Source: Trichinella spiralis
Lineage: Eukaryota
Reading direction: 5' to 3'
DNA length: 64,000 bases
NCBI RefSeq assembly: GCF_000181795.1
Contig: NW_003526944.1
Span: 2,710,205 to 2,774,204 of the forward strand
Both the position numbers and the translations under genes were made by a program. How positions within the stretch are numbered: position 1 is the first letter of the stretch; every line of letters starts with the position of its first letter. The notes below the pieces were generated by a model. The model was not told the DNA's origin, searched no databases, and saw only the letters and a list, made by a program, of their open reading frames with translations. Below are positions 28,733 to 45,628 of the stretch, piece after piece.

Positions 28733-30218
28733 GGTGAGCGCTTGAGAAGTGGTTGGATGCGCATTTGCGGTTTGTTTAGAACGAAAACAAAAACGTGATC
28801 GAGAATTGTCTAACGTGCAGAAGGTGTCGAGCAGCAGTACAACTGCCAGCGGTGGGAATTTCACAGGCACGTCTACGACGTCACAGCAATTGCTTAATGG
28901 TGGAACTTCGACCGCTTGCACTGACAGTATAAGCAAAAGCAGTACAACGGCAGTGGCCGCGAGCATCATCACACCTGCCGGTGCAATTTCGGATGGTAAA
29001 ACAGCATTTCCACGGCACAATTTTCGATATCTTTCCTTAAGGGACCGTTTGTATGATCCTCAGAATTTCAAGCCAACTGGTATGAGTGAATTTTTTGATT
29101 TATCACTTATGTTTTTTATAACCCCCCCGTAGTACATTGGTATTTATATTTGTATGCTGTTTTTGCTTGTTTCAGAACCACCTCCGATTAAAGTGGTCAA
29201 TTGTCCGCATGCAATTGCAAGACCTCAACCTAACCGATCACTTTTTGAAAGGCAAAGCTCCGTACGTTTGCTTGCATCTAGTCCACTCGACACCGGTTCA
29301 TTTCGACGGTTCAACAGTCTTCGATTAACAACAAGCACTCTGACGCCAACAGACTTGCCATATTTTTCCTCTGGTGAAGAAAAAACCACAAAACATTATA
29401 TTCAAATATATTTATGTTTATTTGTTTTTTGAAACAGATATTTCCAATAAGCCGATTGCTGAAGAAGAATCACAAGATTTCACCGCTGCTTGCACTGCAG
29501 CATCAACGACGACTACAGCAGAGACATTGAACAAATTTGACACGGTGGTAAACTTGCTATATAATTAATTACTGGTTTTAACAATTTAATTAATTTGAAT
29601 AAAGCTGTACTTTAATTATCTTTATTATCGTAATATTTTTTTGTTTTATTAGTTCTTTTTTTATTTTTTTCAGCTTTCCAGTTGGCTTGCTGAACCAATC
29701 AGTGAAACGATGTCGACAAAATCGACAACTTCTATGCAGACGTCAATTTCGCAGCCTGATTTCAGGCAATACAGAACGTTGCAGCCACGCTCCAAAGGTC
29801 AGGAATGGTTAGAAACGATCGCTGAACAAGCGAAAGCAATACGAGAGCAACGTGAAGCTGAAAATGCCAAGGTTTATTATTTTGTTATTTATGAAAAATT
29901 GTACATATATATATATAAATATAATTTGTATGATGTGCTGATTTGTAGAATAGTGCAGCTATTGCCGGTTCTCCAACCCTGTCGAATGTATCTCGTGTGA
30001 GCAGTATGTCGCCCAATTGTAATGATGATTTGAGCAGGTCGGTTCGACCGCACGAAGAATTGCACGAAAATCGTCTTAGCAGCTCGAAAGTGCCGGCTTG
30101 TTCAACTGAGGATCCGTTTGAAGTGAAATGGAACTCATTGGATAAATCGTCACTCAATACGAATCCTTTCATACAAACTGAATCACCTGAAAACAGTACA
30201 ACTGGAGATAGCAGATGA
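28733..30218 (+). pseudogene. numb: 5'-truncated duplicate of numb (last 5 exons only)
   Basis: Matches 13777-15261. It lacks the N-terminal PTB exons and has a small frameshifting change near 28746, next to the gap. Confidence 0.75.
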
Positions 30219-31046
30219 AAAATTTATCATCCATTACGAGGCGCTATTCCCCCCTCCCCCCACTTTCACCTTTTTTGATGCAAATAAACGGAAGCAGTTG
30301 TCTTTTTTCTCGCTCTTTTGTTTAATAATTATTTTTCAAATTATGTTAAAAGCACACTTGCTTGTTTCGATGCTGCAATTTCGTGCGTAATTGCTCTGAA
30401 ATTAGTTACATTGTTGTTATATTTTGTACGCAACGTGAAAATAAACAAAATTTATGCATATTTTTCTTTCTAATTTTTGAAGCATTTGTTCTATGAATGT
30501 TGTAAAGTTTGCAGTTCACAAGTTTTCGCGCAAGTTCATCTAATTAAACAAACACGATATGATCTTTAATAATACATTTATTTATTTAGAAATAATATCT
30601 CATGCTGTCAAGTTCTTTGAACCAATATTTTCATTTTAATTAATAAAAAAATTATTAAATAATTCTATTTAACAATAATTTAAAGCGCAGAATTATTATA
30701 TTTAATTTCTAAATATATTTTTTTGAAAATTACTTTTATTGAACTTGCATATTTTTAAGTAGACTGTAAAGTCCTGCTATATCAATTTCCCATTTTTGTG
30801 TATTTACAAGTGCAGTGTTGGTCGTGAATAAAAATTACAAAAATTGTACTTAAATTATGACCCGTTTGTTAATCATCAGTTAACGTTGATCTTCACTGAA
30901 ATTTGTACAATGTATACTAATGTTTATGTAGACGCTTTGTTTATTTCACGTTATCTTTGTTTTTGTCCTTTACTGATGACGTGCAAGATTTATTGTAAAT
31001 GCTGGTTTAGTTTATTTCATTTTGAAAATTTATTTTAGATTCTGAA

Positions 31047-33532
31047 ATGATTGCTTCTAACACTAGCGTTTTTGATACCGCTGATGATTTTTCATTGAAA
31101 TCGACTGTTGATGTCAGCCCTCTGACATCATCTGACGTTCGGTGCAAAGACATGTTAGAGGAAAATTTTATTTCCTGCAAAGATGGTGATTATCCGCTTC
31201 AGGTGATTGGTGTTGACAAAGTGGAGCATTGTTTTGTTCTTAATGATACCGTGCTGGAGAAGCTGCTTTTAAATCCTGGAATAGCTGACAGAAGTTGCGG
31301 TCATTTCTGTCGCAGGACGTTTCGGCGGGAAAGTCGTTCATGTTAACTTTTTCCTAAAATATCTCAAGGCGGAAGTAAATTTTTACATTATGTCGATTTT
31401 TAATATTACTTGATGAAAATAATTATAGAATTCGGACTGGCTAGGGGATCGAAATTCTACTTTGGAAGGGTTTAGCTGGCGAGGTGGTGCCGAACGAGAT
31501 ACATCCGGTTTGCTGCTTTGGAGTAAACCGTTTATTATCGAACTCCCTGACAGCAAAGAAGAAGTAATTGCAATCACGAATTCATTTTTTCTAATGAATC
31601 ATATTGTAATTTATGTTTAGATTGTCATCTTATTGATGGATACTCAAGGAGCTTTTGATAGTCAGTCGACTGTTAAAGACTGTGCGACAATTTTTGCTTT
31701 ATCAACTATGCTGAGTTCTGTACAAGTTAGTTTTTGCTATCTTTTGAAATTATTTTGACTATAATAAATGAATTGCAATAATTTTTTAGATTTACAATTT
31801 ATCGCAAAACATACAGGAAGATGATCTGCAACATTTGCATTTGTTTACTGAGTATGGGCGCCTTGCATTGATGGATGAAGATTCAAAGCCCATTTCAGGT
31901 GAACTGTTGAAACTTTTTGAAACAAATGACAATTATAGGGTGTATTTGTGTTTTAGAGTTGTATTTTTTGGTGCGCGATTTGAGAGTTTTCCCATATGAA
32001 GCAAGAGTACGGGATTTGTCGGAGGAGAAACGGATGTTGCAAAAGGAGATTAGAAGGTACGCATTTCTAGATTTCGATTACTACGTGTACGAGAGTGAAA
32101 GTGTTTGCATATATTTCCCAGGTATCTAAAATATCAGCACGAGAAACGTGCAACAGTTGCGATATGACACATCCCGTGCTTGTTTTGCAGGACGTGAAGT
32201 GTTTTTGGATGCTCTCACCTTGCCTGCCGTGTTGCTACTTCACCCAACGTTCAGAGGACAGCTGTCTGGTTTGTTTCATTTTTTGTTTTAATGATTATAA
32301 AATTGGTTTTTGTTTTTTTTTAATAAATAATTGAATTTCAGAAATAGAACCGCAGTTTATTGACCAATTGAAGCAGTTTGTCCCGTATGTATTATCTCCG
32401 CAAAATGTGGTCTTAAAAGAGATTGGAGGTCGAACGGTCACATGTCGGGAATTGTTAGAATACTTTCGTGCGTATATGAAAATATTCGAAGGTGAAGATC
32501 TTCCCGAACCGAAATCGATGCTACTGGCAAGTGTTGTTTTTATTCAGTTGGAAGCTACAGTATGAAATGTTCTGATTTTCAAGATTAGATTTTGTACATT
32601 TGAAATTAGTTAAAGTGAAACGAAAATGTGCAAACATTTCTGCTTGTCCATATATGCATGTATGTAATGTATAGGTTGTTTTAGGCAACTGCAGAGGCGA
32701 ACAATTTGGCAGCAGTTTCCTGTTGTCGGGCTACATATTGCCGGGGAATGGAAGAAAAATGCGGTGGCGACACACCGTATTTATCTTCTGCTATGCTGGA
32801 AGCTGAACATGCAGAGAATAGAAAAGTCGCAATTGAACAGTTCAAGAAAACACGCAAAATGGGCGGCGAATTGTTCAGCAAAGTTTTCCTGGAAAAACTC
32901 GAAGCCGACATCGAGGAATGCTTTGACAGTTACCAGAAAGTGAACAACGGAAAGCAGTTGTTCAGCTCGTTCAGAACCCCGATAGCGATGATCATCACTT
33001 TAGCCGTTTTGTACATTTTCCAACAAGCGTTTCTTTTCACTGGTTTGAGTTGTTTCGCATCGTTATGCAGCACGGCGGTTGGTTTGATTTTCATCACCGT
33101 CATCACTTGGTGCTATTCGAGGTGATTGTTGTTGTCTCGCTGATTTTTTTATTTGTTAATTTTTTAATTTTCCAACGTTACAACAATTGACTGACGAAAA
33201 CAACAAATTTTCAGATCCACTGGAAATTTGCGCGAAATTTCACAAAGCATCGACGAACTGGCTGACAATTTGTGGCAGAATGTACGCAAGATTATCATAT
33301 TTTTATTGTCTTTTCTCTATTTGGAAAGCTGATGGAATTGTTAGTTAATCTGTTTTGGTTTCTTTAGATTTTAGTTCCCTTTTCGGGCATGGCAGTTAAC
33401 GCAGGCATGAAGCAAGCTTTCGTCAGTAATTTCAATTCATTCGGTGGAACAGCCAATCGAACTAATAATAATAATAATAATGCTACTACGAATACTGTAC
33501 ATGAAAGCAGAAAAAGATCCAACAAAAAATGA
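31047..33532 (+). pseudogene. ATL: Second atlastin copy with clustered frameshifts (about 31290-31350 and 31890-32260); probably sequencing error rather than a true pseudogene
   Basis: Near-identical to 16090-18560 outside two patches dense with 1-bp indels. Confidence 0.7.
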
Positions 33533-34570
33533 GGAAAGAAGCAAATCTGAACTTTGAAATTTTCAATAAACTAGATTGGTATTATTTTATCTTCTGTTGT
33601 AGGATTTATATTTTCTGATGACAAGCGTTAAAAATCATTCAAAAATGACATATTTCATTCAATATTGGAAACTGTAGCTGAGTAATTCATTCGTTCGTAC
33701 GTTCATTCATTTCATCAGGCAAATGAAATTATTGCAAGGTATTTTAATTATTGGACATATTTCTTGATGAAAGAATTTTTTTAATAATAATAACAACAAT
33801 AAAATGTATTCAACTCGTTTCATTTTTCTCTTGGTTTGTACTTTTACTTTTTCAGACGAATCCTGGAACATAACTACCGTAAAGTTGGTTTTTAAAATTT
33901 TAAAATCTTTGAAGATTTATTCACTAATAATGGCAAATAGCAATCTATTTAGCAAGAGTATGATTTTTTGTTTCTTTTGTTATTATTTATTAGCAGTCAG
34001 TTTTTCATATTGCATAATCAACTTTTAGCATTATTTGAGTTTTTCATAGAACCAATGACGAAAAAGATTTCGTATGGTTGACGTTTAATCGAAAAAAATT
34101 GTCTTTTTTTCGTGCACAACTAAGTGTATGAAGTTTGTACAACAAAATTTTGATGAGTGACATTGTTGATAATTGTATAAGATAAATGAACAATATAAAA
34201 AGAATTTCTCGTCAAAAGAACAATATTTTGATATGATGTTATAGATTTTTGTTTATCAACGTGCATAGGAACGAAAATTTTTCGTTTCGTTTCAACCAAA
34301 ATGGACAAAACCAGCGAAGACAAGGAAGAAATTACGAAAAAAAAATTTTTTCAACTTGAAATCTATTACAGTAGACGGTAGTGATGTATTTTTGAATTTG
34401 TAAATTTCGATTGGTTAGTAAAAGTTGTTTCGAGTGGTGTTCTGAGTTTCGTTTGAACTTGTGTGTTTGAAAGTACGTGAACAGACGAAAATATTCCACT
34501 GTTGTGAGTGATTGTGTGGCATTTGGTTAATCGGATTGTACCCCTTTACAGCTTTTTGAAAATTTGGAAG

Positions 34571-37165
<2,595 letters not shown>

Positions 37166-37905
37166 CTTCTCGTCAATTTGGATTGTTGATTTGCAACATT
37201 TTGTGTGAAGGAACAAAGCCTTCATTGTCTGTCGTAAGCTTATTATTACATTTTTGAAATTGTTTTGTACTTGCTTTGCTTTCTTCCTCCAATGTCCCCA
37301 GTATTGGCGGGAAAACATTAGCTGGTGGAGGGATGTGTTGTTGGTTGTTTTCGTCGTTTTCTTTTTTCTCACTTGTAAATGTTAGCAACACTGTGGTAAA
37401 TGATTGCATATCCTGTAGAAGAATTTTATTTCGGCAATTGATTTTACTTGAACAATTTTATTTAAAATTTTACTCGTTGGCAGCTGGTGCTAACGAGTTG
37501 GGGGTTTTGCAGATCTGTGAAACGTCGATGACCATTGAAACTTTCAAGCTTTTGGTCTTCCACGTTCTGTTGGCCATGCTTTAATTACTTTGGCGAGAAA
37601 TTTTTACTTTTCAATCAATAAATTACGGCTTTCTGCGGCTAATCTGATGATTTGGTTGAGGTGAATGGAAATTTCAAGCGCAAAGTTTGAAAAACTGTAT
37701 CATTTTGTTGCATATTTACTCCAGTATTTATTTCTTTCGTTTTCTTTCACAGGTTATGATGTAGGGTTCACCAGGTACATACATTCATACATGACTGTAC
37801 AAGTTATGCATTCTTCTTCTTATTTCAATTTCTGCATATGTGTTTATAAATTTATATATATACATACAATAATATACAGATGGGGGGGGGTAGTTGAAAG
37901 CAAAA

Positions 37906-39765
37906 CTAAAAGCTAGATTCACGACGAACGGTTTCCCGTTTTGCAGCCTCTCGGCTGTGTTGTTTGTGCCGTTGTAAGTAACCGTCTTTGATTTTTTCCA
38001 CAATTACAGTAACAAGTAGAGTCCAAGCTTTGGAAAGATCTCGGTGCTTGCGTACAAGGCCGACCATGTTGATCCGATCGAGTACCGCTTCTGCTAGCTG
38101 TTCCCAGATGCAATCTTCCATAAAACCAACGCTTATGTTTGCATGGGCTGCGCCGTAATTGTAGCAAGTTTGGAGGAATGGTTCACTGGGCTCGTTGATT
38201 TTTTCCACAGCTTGGCCAATCAAATCGGTCAACAGTTGCTCATGCCGACGCATGACCCCGGTATTTGCTGGACCTTTAGCGAATCGTTCGACCACTTTTG
38301 CTTTTTCGAACATTGCCTAAATTAGAATTCATCACTGGTGTTGGACAATATACGATGTATACAGGGCAGTATATGTTATTTCTATTGATGTAGTTGAAGA
38401 TTGAATATTTCACAAATTTATAATACATTTCAACATATAAGTTGCATTCCAAACTTTCATATATTTGCGTGGCAAGGATATTTGTGATAAACTGTTCCAA
38501 AAGGGTCACCATCACTCAGTTATTACATTCCTTAGTACCGGCTGAATTGTTGTGGTCACGAATATTTCCAACATTAAGCAAATATTAGCACAGCCATCAA
38601 AGATCGTTAATGACTCTGTGTGATCAATCGATTTTTACAAATGAAAATGGGTAATTTTTTCAAGGAAATATTATATTTTTTTAAATAATTAGGTAATTTA
38701 TTTTTGGTAAAAAAATTAATGGTGGAAATTATTATCATTTGAAACCATGGGCAAAGTTTACCTAGTTATCGAGTGGCAGTTATCCATTTATATGGTATAA
38801 TTAATTGGATAATTGGTTGTAATTTTTCGTTTTCCCGTAACCAAGGACCGTTGCATGGACGCCGAATGATTGAAATGAATGTTAGAAGACAAATTTTCAG
38901 CAGCTTGAAAATTTGAATTCACTCGAATGACAATTGTCAGTAATATTCCAATATGAAAATTGTTATCCAATTAATAAAGCTGCCAGCAGTTGTTGTTGCT
39001 GGTGGTATTGAATGTGTCGAAGGCGTGGCATGGACGCAATTGGTTTTGCTGTTGGTGTTTATTGTACAGCTGGATAGCTGGCTGAATTCAATTCAACTGC
39101 GCAGCCTGTTGCTCTAATGAAGCAATTATGCAAATGTGTTTACTTATGACAAGTTTCGCCTGTGATCAGTGCAAATCCACTCACTGACAGTAGCGTTTGC
39201 TTGATATTTCGCTTCCATATCAAGTAGCGTATTTTGTTGCTGTTGTTGTTTATGATGTTGGTGATTTGGGTTCATCGTTATCGTAGTCCGAGTGGTCATT
39301 ACTGTTGTTGTCTCAGGTACAAACCCCGGAACAAATAGATTAATAAAAAAATAGAGTTTTTTTTGTTTCATCGCTTACCCATCCAGTGGGACTTTTTTCG
39401 CAGAATTTTCGAAAAAATGCGTCGCCACCTTGAATCCGATTCATTAGCTGGACTTTGGGCCAACTTTGAGCTAGCAGGTTCCGCTGGTGAATGGTCAAGT
39501 TCAGTCGGACCGACAGTGACGAGTACCTCAGTTCTTGCAAATTACTCGAACTAACTGATGTAGTTACTGCTGGAGTTGTTAATTTTGTTGTATGCGTTTG
39601 CCTTGCTGGAGAAGTTTGTTTCTCTGATCGCCTTCCACTTTTCTGTGGTCCACTCTTTACTGTTGGGGAACAGGGTGATAGTTGGTTTTTGTTGGGCTCT
39701 TTTCCAGCGGTTTGCAGACGCAGTTGCTCGGTATCTAGCGCCAGCACCTGTGGCGGTTGTGACAT
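37906..39765 (-). CDS. Second globin copy, intact
   Basis: Translated exons match copy A (22928-24791). Confidence 0.8.
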
Positions 39766-41981
39766 CGACCTATAATTATCCAACGTAGCTCAGAGCAATT
39801 AAACACAATTGAAATGTTGAATCGACTGAAAGCAATAAATTTAAATATTATGCACAGAAATTTATACATTATTATGTGTTAACTGAATAACCTATGCGTT
39901 GCAGGTCTTGTTCTCTTTGGCCGTCAGCGTAGTAGATTAGTTATAACTATAGCTTATGTATTACTCTGACTCTGACTAGCTGGAACTCTAGCTTTCTCTG
40001 ACAACGCTGTCACCAATTAGCCGTGTCGGCAGAGTCCATTGGTCTCTCTCATTCTATATCTCTGTGTGCGTCTATTTCTTTCTAGCATCGATTACTGCCA
40101 CCTACGCATTTTTTGATCCAACTGACCATGACTTTCATAAATATGCAAATCAGATTTCATTCTCCTCATTTCAATGCTTGAATTATTTATGCGATGATTT
40201 TTCTTTTTTTGCTTTTAATAAGACGGTTATTCAATATCAGACTAATAATTATTTAATGAACATTCAAAATACATGATATTGATATTTTTTAGGTTAAAAA
40301 AACTAATATATACTTATCTAAATTTATTATTCTGAAATCTGAATTTTGTATCCTTTTCAAAAGCTATTTGTTCTGGTTTGTATATTTAACGACAAAGAAG
40401 TGAAGAATTGAATTGAATTGAATTGAATTGAATCAAATGAATAAGTGAATGATTGATTATAATTATGTTGTTTTTCTTTTCATGTAACCATTACTTTTCA
40501 TTATCGAAAAATAGTTAGTTTTGTAATTTTCATATTTGATTTGAGACATATTTCGAGTATCCTTTTCAAATCTTCATAATGAGATATTACAGTTTATCTC
40601 AGCGATTACTTCGTCTCAATCTCAGGTGCATTTGATTTAAACTCTTACCAGTTTTTTGCGAACGTATATGATTTTGCATAGTTTAAATGTTGTCTGTTGG
40701 TGGATCTGTATTGATGAACAAGTCAAATTTGAAAATTAGCTTTTTTGATTTCCAATAGTTTCATATTTCACAGTGCATTTTACGTTCAAAGTCAATGATG
40801 TTCATTTTGAAACATTTTTTAAGCTACAGCAACTCTGTTATCAAATTGTCATGTTAATTTAAGCTAGTCTTCAACGAAGTTTCTGCATTAATTAGCACTT
40901 TGCGGGATCTCAAGTAATTTTTGAAATTACGTAATCATTAAATAATCATGAATGATGTTAAGGTATTGTACGAGGTTTTGTTGTTGTTTTTTTCATTGTA
41001 ACTATTATGCATCAAGGCTTTTGTAGATGTTTATAATTGTCCAGTGATTGGTAGCTGTTCGTCACACCTGATTCTTCAGCTTGATCTGATATTAATTTTT
41101 TACAACTGAAATTATCAATTACTGTCAAATAAGTTGATATCGGTTTTTAAAGTATAAATGTACTGTTCATGTTCCCAGTTGCGACGATGTCGCATTATTG
41201 TCCAAATTGGATATATTTTTGTCCTTTTATTTCCATTTCTTGTCTCCTTTTCGGCTGAACATCTGAATAATCCCTACGCAGTTGAAAATTGACCATCATC
41301 ATCATCATCGACTAGGCAAAAGAAGCCACAACACGATAGCGCGCGTTAATCGCAAAAAATATTTGTCATTTTTGAAAATTTCAGCTCCCAGCTTCGTATT
41401 TGGGGCAGGCACAGATGATCGATTTTGAAATCACTTTTTTTATGCACATCCACAAAGCTGGACGACGGTGAAAAGCCGCCATTCTGTGTGATAAAATGCC
41501 TCTAATAAAGTAATCATTTTTCACGTCAGTTTCTTTTCAATTGAAAACCAATGTTTGATGTTGGAAAGAATTGTTAGAAACGCTGAGTTGTTACGCATTT
41601 TCCAGACAATACATTTGACACTAGTCCAAAATGTGAAATTTCCTCCTTTCGGAATTTAGAACAATTTTTGAAAAAAATGAAATTCTGCTTAATTTATAAT
41701 TTCATATTAAGTCCTTTATGAATGTCACAATTGTGCAAGGCGTATATTTGTGTGCGTGTGTATAGTTTGTTGTTGAATTACAGTGAGACAACTGAAACTA
41801 TTATTTTAAACTGTTTTCTGCATTTAAATTTTCTGCCCGTGCTGTGCTCAAAAAATTCACTTTTTATTAGTTGGGAAGTCGTTCATTCTAAAGGTATGCG
41901 ATCGATACGCCCCAGTTGGACTTAAGCCTTATTGAATATATACGTTGAAAATTACCTAGCTTAATCATGCATAGCAAAATG

Positions 41982-42538
41982 TTATGAAGCCAACCGGTGT
42001 GTCCTTGCGAGTGTTGTAAAATGAAGAAGAAATGAAAGAAAATGATAAATTGTAAAGAAAATAAAATGCAAATACCGTGCTCTTGCATTGTCTGAATTCA
42101 CTTTCAACGACGACAGTGAATTGGAATGATCAGTAGCGAAGGGAAACATGTCTGTAGAAAGCAGGAAAAACACAGTTATTCTCTTTGTTCATCTAACATT
42201 TCAGACAACATCCAGAGGCTTTTTCCTTAAACCACCCATAAATTTGCTTGACCAAGCTGGTGTTTTGGAAAAATGTTACTTCTGTCTCTGTCTGTTGTTC
42301 TTCATGCTTCAAAATGTTCCGCACCCAGCTTGTCGACTTTAAAGCGTCAAGCTAATTGGCTAACCAATTGCGCGATTCGGACTGCGTCATGATCCGACGA
42401 GAAAATTGTTGGCTGATGATCAACGTTCCACAAATCGATTCTCGCATGCGAACCAACCGAATACAATGCCTTAATTGACTCTTGATGACGTACATTACTA
42501 GTGGCCAGAGGCCAGTTCAAACTTTTCAAACTCATCAC
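41982..42538 (-). CDS. Possible small hypothetical spliced gene (…LDALKSTSWVRNILKHEEQ…CCLK|YMFPFATDHS…NARAR|THRLAS*)
   Basis: Two GT-AG introns (about 42153-42197 and 42005-42075) join open frames in phase. The 5' end is unresolved and no domain was recognised. Confidence 0.3.
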
Positions 42539-42657
42539 TCGAGACTGGACTCTTTTTTGTTTTTCTGCTTACAGTACCCGTTTTTATTTACAAAAAAAAT
42601 TAACTGAAACAATTCTAAAATACAAATTGAACAAAAGAAACAGCTTATACAAATAAT

Positions 42658-42710
42658 TATACATACATACATGCATACATATATGTATGTACGTATATAT
42701 GTATGTATGC
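42658..42710. repeat. Inverted (CATA)n/(TATG)n microsatellite
   Basis: atacatacatacatgcatacatatatgtatgtacgtatatatgtatgtatgc. Confidence 0.8.
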
Positions 42711-42784
42711 GTGTGTGAGTGTATGAATGTGAAAGAAAAATGCAATAATAAATAAAATTACTAAATATAAAAAAAATTTTTGCT

Positions 42785-45628
42785 TCATCGACTTTCTTTC
42801 TTCTTCTTTTTTATATTAGTATCGCTAGTCTTCTTCGGAATAACAATATCAGTTACTTTGGTTATAGCCGCTTGTTTCTCATCAGTGGAAGATGTATCTG
42901 GTCGGTCCCATTTCGATTGCCTTCTTCTTTCAGGAACTGAAACAGCTAATAAACATCTAGCTAGTTGACTATTTGATTCAAATAAGCATCAGAACACGAA
43001 CTCAATTTATTTTCTCCTTTATTGCTGCTAGTACCGGTCGCATTACTGCTATCGGGTGTCTTTTTTTCTTTTTCCAAATTATCCATCAACAATTTCTGTG
43101 CCGCCGCTGAACAGTAAATCAATTAATTACAATAAATAAATTGAATGTTGATAACTTACAAATTTGATCATAAAAATCCTTCTTGTTGAACCCATGCGGA
43201 TCGAAAAATTCCTAGAAATAATAAAGAGCATTTTAAAATATGGAATTACTTTTAGAAATTTTGAAAAAAAAATTCTAAAATAAAACTGTTTTTCCTGATC
43301 GAAAATTAATCTTGTTTTACATGAGACTGGCAAAAATATTTGAAATAATTTTCTGCCTATCATATTTGCAGCGCCATTTCACATAATTTGGTGTACTACT
43401 TACTTTTCATTCATAAAATTATCAACGATGGGTGAGGGAAACGGAAACAATTTTCGCTGAATATTACCTCAATGCAAAGTCTTCATTATCCTGTTTGCAT
43501 AGTATTGGAAATCATAATCTGTACAAATAGTAACGTGACGCCAAATAAATTTTGCTAAAAGATATTAATTACACGTTTAACGTGCTTAACCTTAAAAATT
43601 AAATTGAAGCTTAGTTTGCGTATAGGTTTTAAATATATCGCATGATAAAGTTTCAACACGAACAGAAAATTCTCTTGGGTAGATGGTCTAATTTCATACT
43701 GAAAATCTCCTCAGAAAATGGTCGGATTGTCTCCAGTCAAGAAATTTGGCTGTTCTCTAGCGACTATTGCTAGCCCACGACAATCTCTAGGCACACCTTT
43801 GCCAAGACCAAATCAATTTTTCCAATCAATTCGCTTCATTCCCATTGCATTTTACTTATAACAATTTTTAAATTACCGCATGCTGATGCGCAGTAAAAGT
43901 TTAAATAAAAAAATATTGCAAGCTTACCAATGGAAAATTTGAGCCCTTTTCGTCCAATCCAAAGTGATCTACCAATTTTTCATAAATGCTTGAACAATAA
44001 TCACACAAAATTAATAATATGCACATATTTGTATTGAAAATTTACCTCGGATTGCGAAAATCCGTTCTTTTTTGAACGGTCGAATTGAAATCAAAATTTT
44101 CTTCTTCTTTTTGTCGAAATAGTTCCTCAAATGTTTCCTAAAATTGAAAATTCTTACAACAGCAAACACTACACCATGGTCGTTTCACTTTCAGAGCTGA
44201 TGGACACTTCTTCTGAGTTAATGGTGGAAGCATGTCATCAATTTTCCACGAATATGCCTTTTCTACGGCAGCCAAGTCATCTAAATCTGAAAGTAATAAT
44301 TTCAGTAAATGTAAATATTTTTTTTTCTCATGAAATGTTACCACCGAAAGGCTGCTCTCCTTCTTCCATCTCCTCCTCTTTTTCTTCTCCTTGAACGCTC
44401 TCTATATTTTCATCGCTCAAATTTTCAGCAAGTGCCATGGGAGGAATATCATCAGGACTTTCTGAAGCTTGTATTGTCAATGTATATTCTTCATCACGAC
44501 AAAATATTTCTGTTAATCCAGTTTGTTCAGTTTCAAAATTTTCATCTTCTTCAAAATCATAATTTACCAGCATCCCAGTAGAAGATTCTCTATGTGCTTT
44601 AGAGGAAAAAAACGAGTAGTTAGTTATACAATGATTTCGAAATTTATTAAATAGCTTACAAGCTTTGGAAGGAGGTGAAGCAGAAGCTTGGGAAGATGAT
44701 CCCGAAAATCCGGTTCTACGATGGGGTGGTGTTGGTTCAACCATATTAGAACTATCTCCATCAGAATCGTAAAATTTCAATGACACGGATTGAGTGTTGT
44801 GTCCGTAAGACCTAGGTTCTTGTTCTTCATCATGCTGTGGTTTCACCTTCAAGAATAAGCAAAATTTTGCCACTCAACTATTATGATTTTATATGGTATT
44901 TAATTCAATGTAAATTACTAAATTAAAAAATTAATATAAAACAAAACAATGTATTTAAAAATATATATATAATTCAAACCTGAATGTCAATATAATACAG
45001 TACGAAAATGGGCTTCTTAAATATTCATCAAATGCTTGTTCAAAGTAAACGCATCATTTTAAATTAAAATAATATTTTTATTGAAAATAAAGCAAGTTAA
45101 AAATACTGTTCTGAATAACAATCAGTGCCTTATTCGTACTAACACTGATAACTTTATATGTCAATATTGCAGTATCTCAATATTGTAAAAAAAATACTCT
45201 CCACGAAATATAGCATCTCTGCATAATGTATTTATATGTAACAAATATCTTGAAAAATATTTTTGGCGATCAGCAATGCTGATTCGTATCGCTTAAGTCA
45301 ACGTTTTTCAAAACAACATCTTGCTTTATATCATAGAAATGATTTATTTTTATTTTCATAAGAGAATTTCATTTCTTTTTAACTTAATAAATACTTTTAT
45401 TAAATATTTTTCTATCTAATGTAACATAACTTTCATCAATAAGCATTTTGTTTTATATATAACCAAAGATCACACATCAAACATTCACATATATAAGAGA
45501 TTGCTTACCTTTTCTTTCAGAAAAGTCTGATCAGATTCATCATTCGTTGAACTACCTTTGATTTCATCTTCATCAGAATCTGCATAAGCTGTCAAACTTT
45601 GAATTGCCCAGCTGCCAGAGTGCTGCAT
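42785..45628 (-). CDS. SAP30BP: SAP30-binding protein (HCNGP family), about 9 exons
   Basis: N-terminal SLTAYADSDEDE, acidic linker, LPP...KCP, core DFRNPSIYEKLVDHFGLDEKGSNFPLEFFDPHGFNKKDFYDQI...AQKLLMDNLEK, and C-terminal RRQSKWD. Confidence 0.88.
43719..43810. ncRNA. Candidate structured intronic RNA element (multi-branch fold), identity unknown
   Basis: Nested complementary segments read by eye (see findings). GC-richer than the surrounding intron. Confidence 0.3.

Noticed and set aside
31290..32260. Atlastin copy B as a true pseudogene or programmed-frameshift gene
   Set aside because: The indels are dense, confined to two patches and affect introns equally, which is typical of poor read quality.
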